From positions 512,001 to 576,000 of the forward strand of contig OZ242318.1 of NCBI GenBank assembly GCA_965208105.1: DNA of 64,000 nt, read 5' to 3'. Shown in pieces: positions 17,532 through 26,259 of the stretch (the first letter of the stretch is position 1; every line of letters begins with the position of its first letter). The position numbers were made by a program, and so were the translations under genes. The stretch comes from Candidatus Latescibacterota bacterium (GTDB lineage Bacteria; Latescibacterota; UBA2968; UBA8231). The notes under the pieces were generated by a model. The model had not been told where the DNA came from. It saw only the letters and a list, made by a program, of their open reading frames with translations, and ran no database searches.

Positions 17532-18959
17532 ATGTTCAAGACCATTATGTTCACGGAAATCAGGAGTCGCTTGGGCACGGTAACTTTCTCCCTGTGGCTG
17601 GGCGTCTCGTGCTTGGTGGTATGGATGGCTCTCGAGAGCGGCTACTCGAGATACGAGCACAAGCATCAGCAGTACCTCGATCTGAAACGGGCGGCCCAAG
17701 ATGGCCTCAGCAAAGCATACATGCCGGTCGTAGCGGAAGAGGACATATTCCGGGTTCTGCGTGAGCTCTCCGTGTTGAGTGCCATCGTCTACGGGCTGGA
17801 AGGCGAGATGCCGGTCTATATGAGCGTCAATCCCAACGGCGTACAGCCCGGGGCGGGGATAGCGGATAAATCCTTGTTGGACCTGTTGGGAGAGTTGGAT
17901 TTTCTCCTGGTCATCGAGCTGATTCTCGGGTTGATGGCCGTGGTGCAGGCAGCCACTCTGGTGTCGTCGGAAGAGGGAAACGGGACGCTCAAACTGATGT
18001 TGGCCAACCCGGTCTCTCGCAGCACCGTCCTGTTGGGGAAGGGGCTGGGCGCCTTCGCCGTCATCGCCTTCACCCTTTTGTTTTCCACCCTTTTCGGACT
18101 TTTTTTGCTCTCGGTCCGGGGATTTCCGCTCTTCGAGGCAGCGGTGCTCGCGCCGATACTCTTGATCTTGACGGGGAGCCTGGTCTATCTGCTCGTCATC
18201 TTTCTGATCGGGCTGACCTGCTCTATTCTGTTTCTGAATTCCCAGGTAGCTTTGATCCTGAGTGTCTCGCTCTGGGCTGCGCTGTCTTTTCTCGTGCCCC
18301 AAAGCGCCTGGACTACGGCGGAGTTGATCCGCCCGGCAGAGAACGAGCGGACGGTTTATGTGCGGCAGAAATACGCCCGCGAAGCCCATCTCAATGCCTA
18401 CCACGAGGAATTGAACAAGCGTTACCCCCACCTGCAACCTGACGCAGAGGGCAATGCGGACTGGTCGGGGGTCAACCAGACCGAGTTGACGAAGGACGCG
18501 GTGGCGGTTTGGGCGAAATACAGCGACCGGATCGCCAAAGAAGTGACCACCATCGCCGAGAACTACCACCGGAACAAGCAAGCGCAGGAAGCCCTCGGTA
18601 GGGTGCTGTCCCGGGTCTCCCCCACCGGCAGTTTCCGCCTACTCTTGGCCAACCTGGCCGGTACGGGCAACCAGGTGAGGTGGAAATTCTTGCAAGCGGC
18701 CTGGGACTACCAGAATATGGCAAACGATAAAGTCTTCTCAAAAGATCCCATGATCACTATCGGACCCTCGAGTTGGTGGCCCAGTATTATGCGGGGTGCA
18801 GATAACCCTCCTCCCCCACCTCCCCCACCACCGGTCATGGTTCCGTCCCTCGGCAGCGTCTTGACAGAGTCGGCCTTGGACATGGCCATGCTGTTCATTT
18901 ACGCCGTCGTGCTCTTCATGTTGGCGTATTCGCTGTTCATGCGTCGGTCCATTGTATAG
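17532..18959 (+). CDS. ABC-2-type transporter permease, paralog 3
   Basis: Same architecture; SEEGNGTLKLMLANPVSR; poly-Pro linker before the last TM. Confidence 0.9.
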   Translation: MFKTIMFTEIRSRLGTVTFSLWLGVSCLVVWMALESGYSRYEHKHQQYLDLKRAAQDGLSKAYMPVVAEEDIFRVLRELSVLSAIVYGLEGEMPVYMSVNPNGVQPGAGIADKSLLDLLGELDFLLVIELILGLMAVVQAATLVSSEEGNGTLKLMLANPVSRSTVLLGKGLGAFAVIAFTLLFSTLFGLFLLSVRGFPLFEAAVLAPILLILTGSLVYLLVIFLIGLTCSILFLNSQVALILSVSLWAALSFLVPQSAWTTAELIRPAENERTVYVRQKYAREAHLNAYHEELNKRYPHLQPDAEGNADWSGVNQTELTKDAVAVWAKYSDRIAKEVTTIAENYHRNKQAQEALGRVLSRVSPTGSFRLLLANLAGTGNQVRWKFLQAAWDYQNMANDKVFSKDPMITIGPSSWWPSIMRGADNPPPPPPPPPVMVPSLGSVLTESALDMAMLFIYAVVLFMLAYSLFMRRSIV

Positions 18960-18996
18960 TCCGCCGCTCCCATTGCATGAGGATGAGTTGAGAGTT

Positions 18997-20745
18997 ATGA
19001 AACGCGTTCCTGACTCGGAACCTGGGATGATCAGAGCTACACTGAAGAGAATCGGATTATACCGCGCAATTATGGCCAACGGACTGAATATATTGCTTCT
19101 GTGTATTATCGCCGCGGCAGTGGTAACGTTGACCATAGCCAAGCCCATCGTGTTTTCCAGGATAATTGACAAGGGAATCCTCAGTGAGGACTGGAGCGTG
19201 GTCCGCTCGCACTGCGTCTACTTCCTCATTATTGCATTGGGCTTGAGTCTTTTCGGGTTAGCTCACTCTTTAGTCGCGTCGGTAATACACAACAAAATAT
19301 CCTTGATAATCAAACAGGTTCTCCTGGAACGGATCTTTCTCCTGGACGCCGGATTCTTCCACACGAACAAGACCGGAGACGTCATTACCAAGCTGGACAA
19401 CGACGTATCGAGCATCCAGACCTACATCATGTCGGTCCTGAACGCCTCCATGAACAATTTTATCAGCTTTCTAGGGGCGATGATCTATATCGGCTACGTG
19501 CAATGGAGGATGTTGATCGTCGGGTTCCTGGTGACCCCGTTTGTGGGTCTGGCCATTTACGCGTTCCGCAACGTGTTATACTCCAAGGACAAGAAGACCC
19601 GGGAGCGGAAGTCCGACGTAAATGACGCGATAATAAACGCCGTCGACCATCAGCTTTACCTGAGGAAGGTCGGATTGGACTCGAGATCGCTGTCGAAGTG
19701 CAAATGGACCTTGGACCAGTACCGGGTCGCATCCATCTTTTACGACCTATGGCGCGGCGGCAGCGGGTCGCTAAACAACCTCCTCCTTGCCGTCGGCTAT
19801 ATTGTTACCATCGGCTACGGTTCGTGGCTGGTCTTCAAAGGCATGCTCAGCGTCGGCAATCTTTTCGCATTTCTAACCCTGCGCACCATGTTCCTTGCCC
19901 CGCTGACGGTCTTCAAGGAAATCTACAGTGGGTACTTTTCGACTAAATCCGCATTCAAGCGCCTGGACGATTTCTTCTGCCATCGGATCGAGAAGGGTCT
20001 GGAACGCATGGACAACTCGAAACCCGAATCGTTTGGAGAGATCTGTTTGAGCAACGTATCGTTTGCCTATCCAGGGCAACACTGTCTGTTGAACCACATT
20101 GACGTTGAATTCGGCAGGGGCTGGAATATCCTGGCGGGTAGAAACGGTGCGGGGAAATCGTCATTGATCGACCTGCTCATGAAGATTTCGTCTCCAAGGG
20201 AGGGGCGCATCTTGGTCGACGGCGTAGATATTGGCTCGCTCAACAATCAGTCATGGAGGTCCAACATCAGTGCCATGCCTCAAACCACGTACTTGTTCAA
20301 AGGGTCGTTGCGGGAGAACATTCGCCTGTATGACGAGGGCATAACCGACGGTCGAATTCAGGCCGTGCTGAACCGCCTGAGCTTCGATTTCGATCCCGAA
20401 AAGCTACCAGCAGGGCTCGATACGAACATTATGGAGGGAGGGACCAATTTTTCTGGGGGCCAGCGCCAAAAAATCGCGATCGCCAGGACCGCCCTCAAAG
20501 ACACCCCTATCTACATCTTCGATGAACCCCTGTCCAGTCTGGATATGCGTTCGCGCGGCCTGGCCTTGGAGTACTTAAAAAAGGCGCTCAAAGGCAAGAT
20601 CGTCCTAATCGTTTCACACGATGACATGGGCGAATATACGGATCGGGAGTACAGAATGAAAGACGGGGCCATCGTGACCACCGCCGCAAACGGGTTGGAT
20701 CGTGTTCCAGAGGAGGGTTCCAATACTTTGCATATATCAGTCTGA
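18997..20745 (+). CDS. ABC exporter, fused TMD + ATPase (no C39 domain)
   Basis: FFHTNKTGDVITKLDND, GRNGAGKS, FSGGQRQKIAIAR, IYIFDEP; start uncertain (18952/18997/19027). Confidence 0.9.
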   Translation: MKRVPDSEPGMIRATLKRIGLYRAIMANGLNILLLCIIAAAVVTLTIAKPIVFSRIIDKGILSEDWSVVRSHCVYFLIIALGLSLFGLAHSLVASVIHNKISLIIKQVLLERIFLLDAGFFHTNKTGDVITKLDNDVSSIQTYIMSVLNASMNNFISFLGAMIYIGYVQWRMLIVGFLVTPFVGLAIYAFRNVLYSKDKKTRERKSDVNDAIINAVDHQLYLRKVGLDSRSLSKCKWTLDQYRVASIFYDLWRGGSGSLNNLLLAVGYIVTIGYGSWLVFKGMLSVGNLFAFLTLRTMFLAPLTVFKEIYSGYFSTKSAFKRLDDFFCHRIEKGLERMDNSKPESFGEICLSNVSFAYPGQHCLLNHIDVEFGRGWNILAGRNGAGKSSLIDLLMKISSPREGRILVDGVDIGSLNNQSWRSNISAMPQTTYLFKGSLRENIRLYDEGITDGRIQAVLNRLSFDFDPEKLPAGLDTNIMEGGTNFSGGQRQKIAIARTALKDTPIYIFDEPLSSLDMRSRGLALEYLKKALKGKIVLIVSHDDMGEYTDREYRMKDGAIVTTAANGLDRVPEEGSNTLHISV

Positions 20746-20753
20746 TATTCAGA

Positions 20754-21812
20754 ATGAGCTACCAGATGTCGACTAAAGAGTTATACTTACCGCTCAATCC
20801 CAATCCTCCGATTAGAGTCTATCTGCATCATGCCTACCCTCTGTCAATTTTATCAAGTACCGAAGAGTATTTGCCCTGGTTCCGAAGCAACTTTGTTCAA
20901 CTGTATAGCGGGGGTCCCGATCATATCGATTTCCTCGTACCCATGCTTACACACGCAGACCATCCTCAGATCTACTATTCTCCTCTTCTGAACGTGGTTC
21001 GGCTCAATAGAAAAATCGTCGATTTGATAAATGCCGATTCTGAAATCTGGAGATTCATTGTCGACTGTATAACAGAGGGCTTCTACGTCGATATCGAGGT
21101 TGATGAATATCACGTTCCTTTTACTCGCGCATTCCATAATTTTCATACTGGACATTCTCTTCTGATTCATGGCTACAATACTGCTCAGGAAAAATTCAGT
21201 GCCATCGGTTACGATCGAAACGGCAAATACGGCATCCAGCTTGTCGATTTTGCCAGCACACTCAAAGCTTACGGTAGCCGGGAAAGTAAAAATCACATGG
21301 CAATAGTGTCTCATGCTTTAAGACAGAAAACGGGCCGCGATAGCAACATCCAGTGCGAATTCACGCTCGAGTTGGTGGTTGACATGCTCAAGGACTACAT
21401 CCACTCAATCAACACGCTTGACCGGTTGAAGTTGGTTTTGAGATCGAACTATAGATCGAATTCCCTGCGTTTTGGAATTGAGGCCGTCAGAAAATTGCGA
21501 TTTGAACCTAGTGCGGCGAATGCGCCTTTGGATCTGCGTCCTTCTCACTGTCTCTGGGAGCATAAGAAATGTATGGCCGAGAGGGTTCAGTACCTGGTAG
21601 AAAACGGATATTTGGACAAGGTTGGAAATTTGGTATTTGAGTTCGGAAAAATTGCTAAAATGGCGGAATCACTCAGGCTGCTGGCAATCAAGTACAACTT
21701 GCAGAAACAACGAAAAATACTCCATAAAATGGACAACCTGAGAAACAAAATAGTTGAGGGTGAGAAATTCCTCATAAAAAATTTACTGGACCGACTACCG
21801 TCATGCCCATGA
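20754..21812 (+). CDS. Hypothetical protein, BtrH_N/C39-like papain-fold candidate
   Basis: GFYVDIEVDEYHVP...HSLLIHGYN...F..IGYDRNGKY pattern resembles BtrH N-terminal-like proteins; visibly very AT-rich. Confidence 0.55.
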   Translation: MSYQMSTKELYLPLNPNPPIRVYLHHAYPLSILSSTEEYLPWFRSNFVQLYSGGPDHIDFLVPMLTHADHPQIYYSPLLNVVRLNRKIVDLINADSEIWRFIVDCITEGFYVDIEVDEYHVPFTRAFHNFHTGHSLLIHGYNTAQEKFSAIGYDRNGKYGIQLVDFASTLKAYGSRESKNHMAIVSHALRQKTGRDSNIQCEFTLELVVDMLKDYIHSINTLDRLKLVLRSNYRSNSLRFGIEAVRKLRFEPSAANAPLDLRPSHCLWEHKKCMAERVQYLVENGYLDKVGNLVFEFGKIAKMAESLRLLAIKYNLQKQRKILHKMDNLRNKIVEGEKFLIKNLLDRLPSCP

Positions 21813-21913
21813 ATAGCTTTACCAATTTGCAAAAAATTCATAAGACAGTCCGTTCGCGACCCGTAACCTGATGCCGGCGGCGCTTCCGATCCTTTAACCG
21901 GAAAGGCCGCTCC

Positions 21914-21987
21914 GCCGCAACATCAGTTTTCCGAAGGCAAAATCAGGTGTTCGCCCGATTGAGAAGCACCGTTGCCGTCGCTATGTT
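21914..21987 (+). promoter_or_regulatory. Repeated promoter/operator box, copy 3
   Basis: GCCGCAACATCAGTTTTCCGAAGGCAAAATCAGGTGTTCGCCCGATTGAGAAGCACCGT, then TATGTT at 21982; shares the extended 3' part with copy 1. Confidence 0.75.
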
Positions 21988-22062
21988 AGATAGCGAAAGG
22001 TCACTCAGGTCCGCGCAGCATCCCGCCTCAGCGGGGCAGCCTGATTGAAAAGGAGACGGTTC

Positions 22063-22420
22063 GTGCCCTCCAGTGCTTTCATCCTGTCTCGTTTCCAGCC
22101 GAACCACGCCCCAGAGGTCACGGCGTTTCTCAACCTGTCGCAACAGCATCAGTGGATGAGACGAGCCCTCCCCGAACGCCGGTGGAGTACGCCGGTGAGG
22201 TGGACCTGGTCGTGCACGGCCAGGTCCACCTGAACTTTGGCGAGAACATACCCGGTATAGGCCTGGTGCTCTGAATGGGCTTCTCCCTGGAGGGAGCACC
22301 TTGCTGATCACCGACGGCATCGGCAAACAAGCTCTTGAATCAGCCGTGTGGGCAGGTACATCCGCACGTTCGGGCGCCTCGGACGAGGGCGCGGCGAGTA
22401 TTTCTCTACCGGAAGTTTGA
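22063..22420 (+). pseudogene. Decayed 6-bladed beta-propeller (DUF5128/NHL-like) gene
   Basis: RBS AAGGAG; broken frames give VEYAGEVDLVVHGQVHLNFGE..., LLITDGIGKQAL and GRYIRTFGRLGRGRGEY (G..IR.IGR.G.GPGEY-like blade motif). Confidence 0.55.
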
Positions 22421-22561
22421 AGGAGACGATACCGTGCAAGCGAGGTGTCATTGGCCCTAGATTTAGATTGCAGATAATCCGGTGTCACCTGATTTCGGAA
22501 GGGCTGATGAGGCGCGGGAGAATGCTTTTTCTGGGCAAACCTTGCCGAGTTGGAGGACGCG

Positions 22562-22933
22562 ATGCCGATCGTTCAATTGGAACTTGTGATTAGGGGGAAT
22601 TTCGAGCGCATCAGCGGCGACACCCTGCAGGAGCTTGCCGATGAGCTCGGCGAGTATTTTCAGACGGACAGGGGCGCTACCTGGGTCAAGGTCGACTACC
22701 TTCCATTCGAGCAATATGCGGAAAATCGCGCCGAGCTCGGAGGCGAGGTAAAGCCCACCCTGGTCTACGTGCTTAAATACCGGCTGCCGCCACGGGATCG
22801 ACTGGCGCAGGAAGCGAAGGATCTGGCGCGGATCGTTGCAAGGCGCCTGCAACGCCCCGAAGAAAACACCCATATAATTTTCGAACCTGACGGGGTCGGA
22901 AGGGTGGCTTTCGGCGGCGAGCTGGTCACCTGA
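22562..22933 (+). CDS. Tautomerase-superfamily (4-OT-like) protein
   Basis: N-terminal MP (catalytic Pro1), two beta-alpha-beta units, C-terminal GRVAFGG; RBS GGAGG. Confidence 0.7.
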   Translation: MPIVQLELVIRGNFERISGDTLQELADELGEYFQTDRGATWVKVDYLPFEQYAENRAELGGEVKPTLVYVLKYRLPPRDRLAQEAKDLARIVARRLQRPEENTHIIFEPDGVGRVAFGGELVT

Positions 22934-23102
22934 GGGTTCGCGAGGTTCCGCCGGGGGTATGGGAGGTGACGATGTGGAGCAAGGTGAAAACCGCGGTTGC
23001 CCCGAACCCCCAACCCAGACCCCCACCCCACCACGGCTGCAGCATGAGCACCACACCCAGGACCATCCCCAGCCGCGCAATCAGGTCGGCCCAGCGGATC
23101 AT
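22926..23102 (-). CDS. Small membrane protein at the end of the sugar ABC operon
   Basis: MIRWADLIARLGMVLGVVLMLQPWW... with two TMs; ATG overlaps the permease stop. Confidence 0.6.
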   Translation of the reverse strand: MIRWADLIARLGMVLGVVLMLQPWWGGGLGWGFGATAVFTLLHIVTSHTPGGTSRTLR

Positions 23103-23980
23103 CTCTTGACGGTCCCGAAGGTGACGCCGCGCAGCAGGTGTTTGCGCACGAGAACGGTGAACGCGATGATCGGCGCCACGAAGATCAGAATGCCGGCGCT
23201 GATCTGGGGCCAGGGCAATCCCCGCACGTTGCCCTGCAGGCCGGCAAAGTAAACCGGAACGGTTATGGCGTCCTGGTTGTTGAGGGTCATGGCGAATCCG
23301 TACTCGTTCCAGGCCGAGATCAGGCAGAAAACCGCGGTGACCGCCATGCCTCCGGCGGCGCGGGGCAGGACGATGCAGCGGAAGACCTGGAGGCGGGAAT
23401 AGCCATCCACAAGCGCCGCTTCCTCGTAAGCCGGGGGGATCTCGTCGATGAATCCCTTCATCAGCCACACCGCCAGGGAAAGGTTGAACGAAGTGTAGAG
23501 CACAACGAGCCCCAGGTGGGTGTTCTCCAGGTCGAACTGGCGGTACATCACCAGGACGGGAACGACCACGGCAAGAGGAGGGAGAAATCGGGTCGAGAGG
23601 ATGAAAAAGAGCCAGTCCCTGGCTCCCCCCACCCGGAAGCGGCTGAAGCCGTAGGCACAGCAGGTCCCTATCAGGACCGCCGCCAGAGTGCTGAACAGAC
23701 CTACTACAATGCTGTTGCCGAGGTAGTGAAGAAAAGCTCGACTGGTTCCGGCGTAGACTTGGGAGAGTTGTCTGTAGCCGTCGAGATTGGGCTCGAAGTA
23801 GATGCTGGCTGGAGCCAAGTCACTACTGAATGCCGGCGCCAGCTTCGGCCGGATGCTGATGCTGTCGGCCTTGCTCTTGAACGAAGTCAATACCAGCCAG
23901 GCCAGGGGCAGGGTGGAAGCCGCGAGGTAGGACAGGATGAAGAGCCAGCGCAGGAGCTTCACCTCAGACAGCCTCCTCAT
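23099..23980 (-). CDS. Carbohydrate ABC transporter permease (MalG-like)
   Basis: EAA motif IPPAYEEAALVDGYSRLQVF; AWNEY. Confidence 0.93.
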   Translation of the reverse strand: MRRLSEVKLLRWLFILSYLAASTLPLAWLVLTSFKSKADSISIRPKLAPAFSSDLAPASIYFEPNLDGYRQLSQVYAGTSRAFLHYLGNSIVVGLFSTLAAVLIGTCCAYGFSRFRVGGARDWLFFILSTRFLPPLAVVVPVLVMYRQFDLENTHLGLVVLYTSFNLSLAVWLMKGFIDEIPPAYEEAALVDGYSRLQVFRCIVLPRAAGGMAVTAVFCLISAWNEYGFAMTLNNQDAITVPVYFAGLQGNVRGLPWPQISAGILIFVAPIIAFTVLVRKHLLRGVTFGTVKR

Positions 23981-24863
23981 GTTTCTTTTGCAGTGAGCCC
24001 AGGTAGCGGATGAACAGGCTGGCGAGGGCGATCACCAGCACCAGTATCACGTAGGAATAGGATGCTCCCAGGCCCACCCTGCCGTCGCGAAACACGACCT
24101 GGTAGAGGAGGGCGCTCAGGGTCTGGGTAGCCCCGTCGTTGGGTCCGGTCACCGCCGCGACCAGGTCGAACTGCTTGAGGGCGTCGGTAGCCCTGAGCAG
24201 CACGGCCAGGCCCAGGAGTGGGGCGCACATGGGAAGGGTAATCCGGCGAAACACCCTCCACGGCGAAGCGCGGTCGATGGCCGCCGCTTCGTAGATCGAG
24301 GGCGGGATGGCGTTGAGCCCGGCCAGGGAGATGAGCATCATGAACGGGGTCCACATCCACACGTCGATGAGGAGGATGGAAAAGAACTTGAGGTCCGGGT
24401 CGGTGATCCACTGGGGCTGGAACAGGTGCCAGGCTCCCAAGACCTGGTTGAGGATGCCGTAGTTGCCGTTCAGGACCAGTTTCCAGTAGAGACCCATCAC
24501 CGCCTGGGGCAGCATCATGGGCACCAGCAGCACGGTGAGGACGAAAGCCCTGCCCTCGAAGCGCCGGCGCAGTGCCAGTGCCAGGCCGAATCCCAGGACC
24601 AGCTCGATGGTGACCGCCAAAACCACGAAGAGGGCGGTAGTGCGCAGGGCGGCGGCGTACTTGGCCGCCGAGAATACGACTTCGTAGTTGAGGACGCCGA
24701 TGACCTGGTAGGCTCCGCCGACCAGGTCGGCATTGGTGAAACTGAGGAATATGCTGTAAAGCAGGGGAAAGACGTTGAAGGCGATGAGAACCAGGAGGGC
24801 AGGTCCCACGAATCCGTACTTTATCCAGTCGCGGCCCGGGCCCTGTTCTCCCCTGCGCGCCAA
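23964..24863 (-). CDS. Carbohydrate ABC transporter permease (MalF-like)
   Basis: DVWMWTPF, IYEAAAIDRAS, FRRITLP. Confidence 0.93.
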   Translation of the reverse strand: MARRGEQGPGRDWIKYGFVGPALLVLIAFNVFPLLYSIFLSFTNADLVGGAYQVIGVLNYEVVFSAAKYAAALRTTALFVVLAVTIELVLGFGLALALRRRFEGRAFVLTVLLVPMMLPQAVMGLYWKLVLNGNYGILNQVLGAWHLFQPQWITDPDLKFFSILLIDVWMWTPFMMLISLAGLNAIPPSIYEAAAIDRASPWRVFRRITLPMCAPLLGLAVLLRATDALKQFDLVAAVTGPNDGATQTLSALLYQVVFRDGRVGLGASYSYVILVLVIALASLFIRYLGSLQKKHEEAV

Positions 24864-24872
24864 TCCAGCCTC

Positions 24873-26174
24873 CTAGCGGCGCAGGCCCGCCTGCATCATT
24901 ATCAGCTCGTGTTCCTCGGCCATCTGGTCGAGGGCCTCCTGGGGCGTCTTGACCCCGTCCAGGGCCTCCCCCAGGTGGCGCTGGGAGGACGCCAGGAGCT
25001 CGTTGTAGGCCGGCACGTTCCAGAAGTCCTGCAGGTAGTCCAGGGAGTTGGCGAAGGTGGCGTTGTATGGCGAGGCCTCTCTGAATTCTTCGCTGGCCAG
25101 AAGCGCCGTATTGGCTGTGAATGCGCCGGGATAGGTGATCCACTTCTTCTGCACCTCGGTCTGCTGAAACCAGGCGATGAACTGCTTGGCCAGCTCCTGC
25201 TGCCGCGGCGGGATCTTGGTCGAGATGCTGAACCCCTGGCCGCCAAGGCTGATGGCGCGGAGCTCCCCCCGCGCCGGGACCACGAAAAAACCGACCTTGT
25301 CGCCCATGCTGCGGACGATGCCAGGATAGAAGGGAAAGTAATCCAGCACCATGGCCGTGGACCCGTTCATGAACACGTCGTTGTTGTAGAAGTAGTCGGC
25401 GCTGTTGCCCCCCGGCGGGGTGAAGCGGAGCAAATCCTTCATGAAGGTCAGGGCAGCCACCGCCTCGGGGCTGTTGAGGTGCCCCTTCACCGCAAAGGTC
25501 TCGGGGTCCCCCCAGGACCCTCCCCAGGACCAGAGAAAGGGCTGAAAGCCCATGGTTATGCCGTCGTAGCCGCGTCCGGCGAGAATCGAGCACCCGTAGC
25601 GCTTTTGCCCGGGGCGCTGGAAGAACTCGGCGATATCGCGAAACTCCTCCCATGTATCCGGCACTTGCAGGTCGCGGCCGTACTTCTCCCTGAAGGCGGC
25701 CTGCTCGCGCGGATCTTCGAACCAGTCCCTGCGGTAGGCAAAGCCGATGGCGTCGGTCTCGCAGGGCGCCGCGTAGAATCTACCGCTGCCCGCCGGATAT
25801 TCGCAGAGATAGCGCGCCGCGCGTGGATGGATGGTCTCGATGTCCACCGCCTGGGACAGCCAGTCGGTCAGCTCCAGGTAGAGACCCCGCGTCGCACCGC
25901 GGCCGATCCACTGGCTGTCACCCACCACGATGTCGAAGCTGGTCTGCTTGTTTCCGAAGTTGAGGAAGACCTGGTCGTGATAGGAAGGCCAGGGGATCTG
26001 GTGCACCACCACCGAAATCCCGGTCTCCTCCTCGAAGTCGGCAGCCAGCTCCTGCAGCCCTGCCGCCGGATCCCATTGAGCCCACCAGATGGTGATGGAT
26101 CCGGCCTCGCCGTGGCCTGCCCGGGCCAGGAAGGCGACCGCCAGGACCGCCAGGAACATTTTGCGGTTTCTCAT
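24873..26174 (-). CDS. Sugar ABC transporter substrate-binding protein
   Basis: Signal peptide; FEEETGISV, DIVVGDSQW, VPDTWEEF, TPQEALD. Confidence 0.92.
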   Translation of the reverse strand: MRNRKMFLAVLAVAFLARAGHGEAGSITIWWAQWDPAAGLQELAADFEEETGISVVVHQIPWPSYHDQVFLNFGNKQTSFDIVVGDSQWIGRGATRGLYLELTDWLSQAVDIETIHPRAARYLCEYPAGSGRFYAAPCETDAIGFAYRRDWFEDPREQAAFREKYGRDLQVPDTWEEFRDIAEFFQRPGQKRYGCSILAGRGYDGITMGFQPFLWSWGGSWGDPETFAVKGHLNSPEAVAALTFMKDLLRFTPPGGNSADYFYNNDVFMNGSTAMVLDYFPFYPGIVRSMGDKVGFFVVPARGELRAISLGGQGFSISTKIPPRQQELAKQFIAWFQQTEVQKKWITYPGAFTANTALLASEEFREASPYNATFANSLDYLQDFWNVPAYNELLASSQRHLGEALDGVKTPQEALDQMAEEHELIMMQAGLRR

Positions 26175-26259
26175 TATTTCCTCCTCTTCGTGGAACCGTT
26201 AAGGTACCTTCCCCGCCTGGCCTTGGCAACCGGGGAAGCCGGCCAGGGGACCTCCTTCA

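Noticed and set aside
18788-18833. C-rich low-complexity tract as a phase-variation site
   Set aside because: Encodes a poly-Pro linker present in all three permeases, with varied codons and intact frame
14696-18959. Diversity-generating retroelement as the cause of permease variability
   Set aside because: No reverse transcriptase in the window; differences include indels and do not look adenine-restricted
6900-21987. Three-copy repeat as CRISPR, attC or REP element
   Set aside because: Copies are kilobases apart with no spacer periodicity, no cas or integrase gene, and each lies just upstream of a gene start
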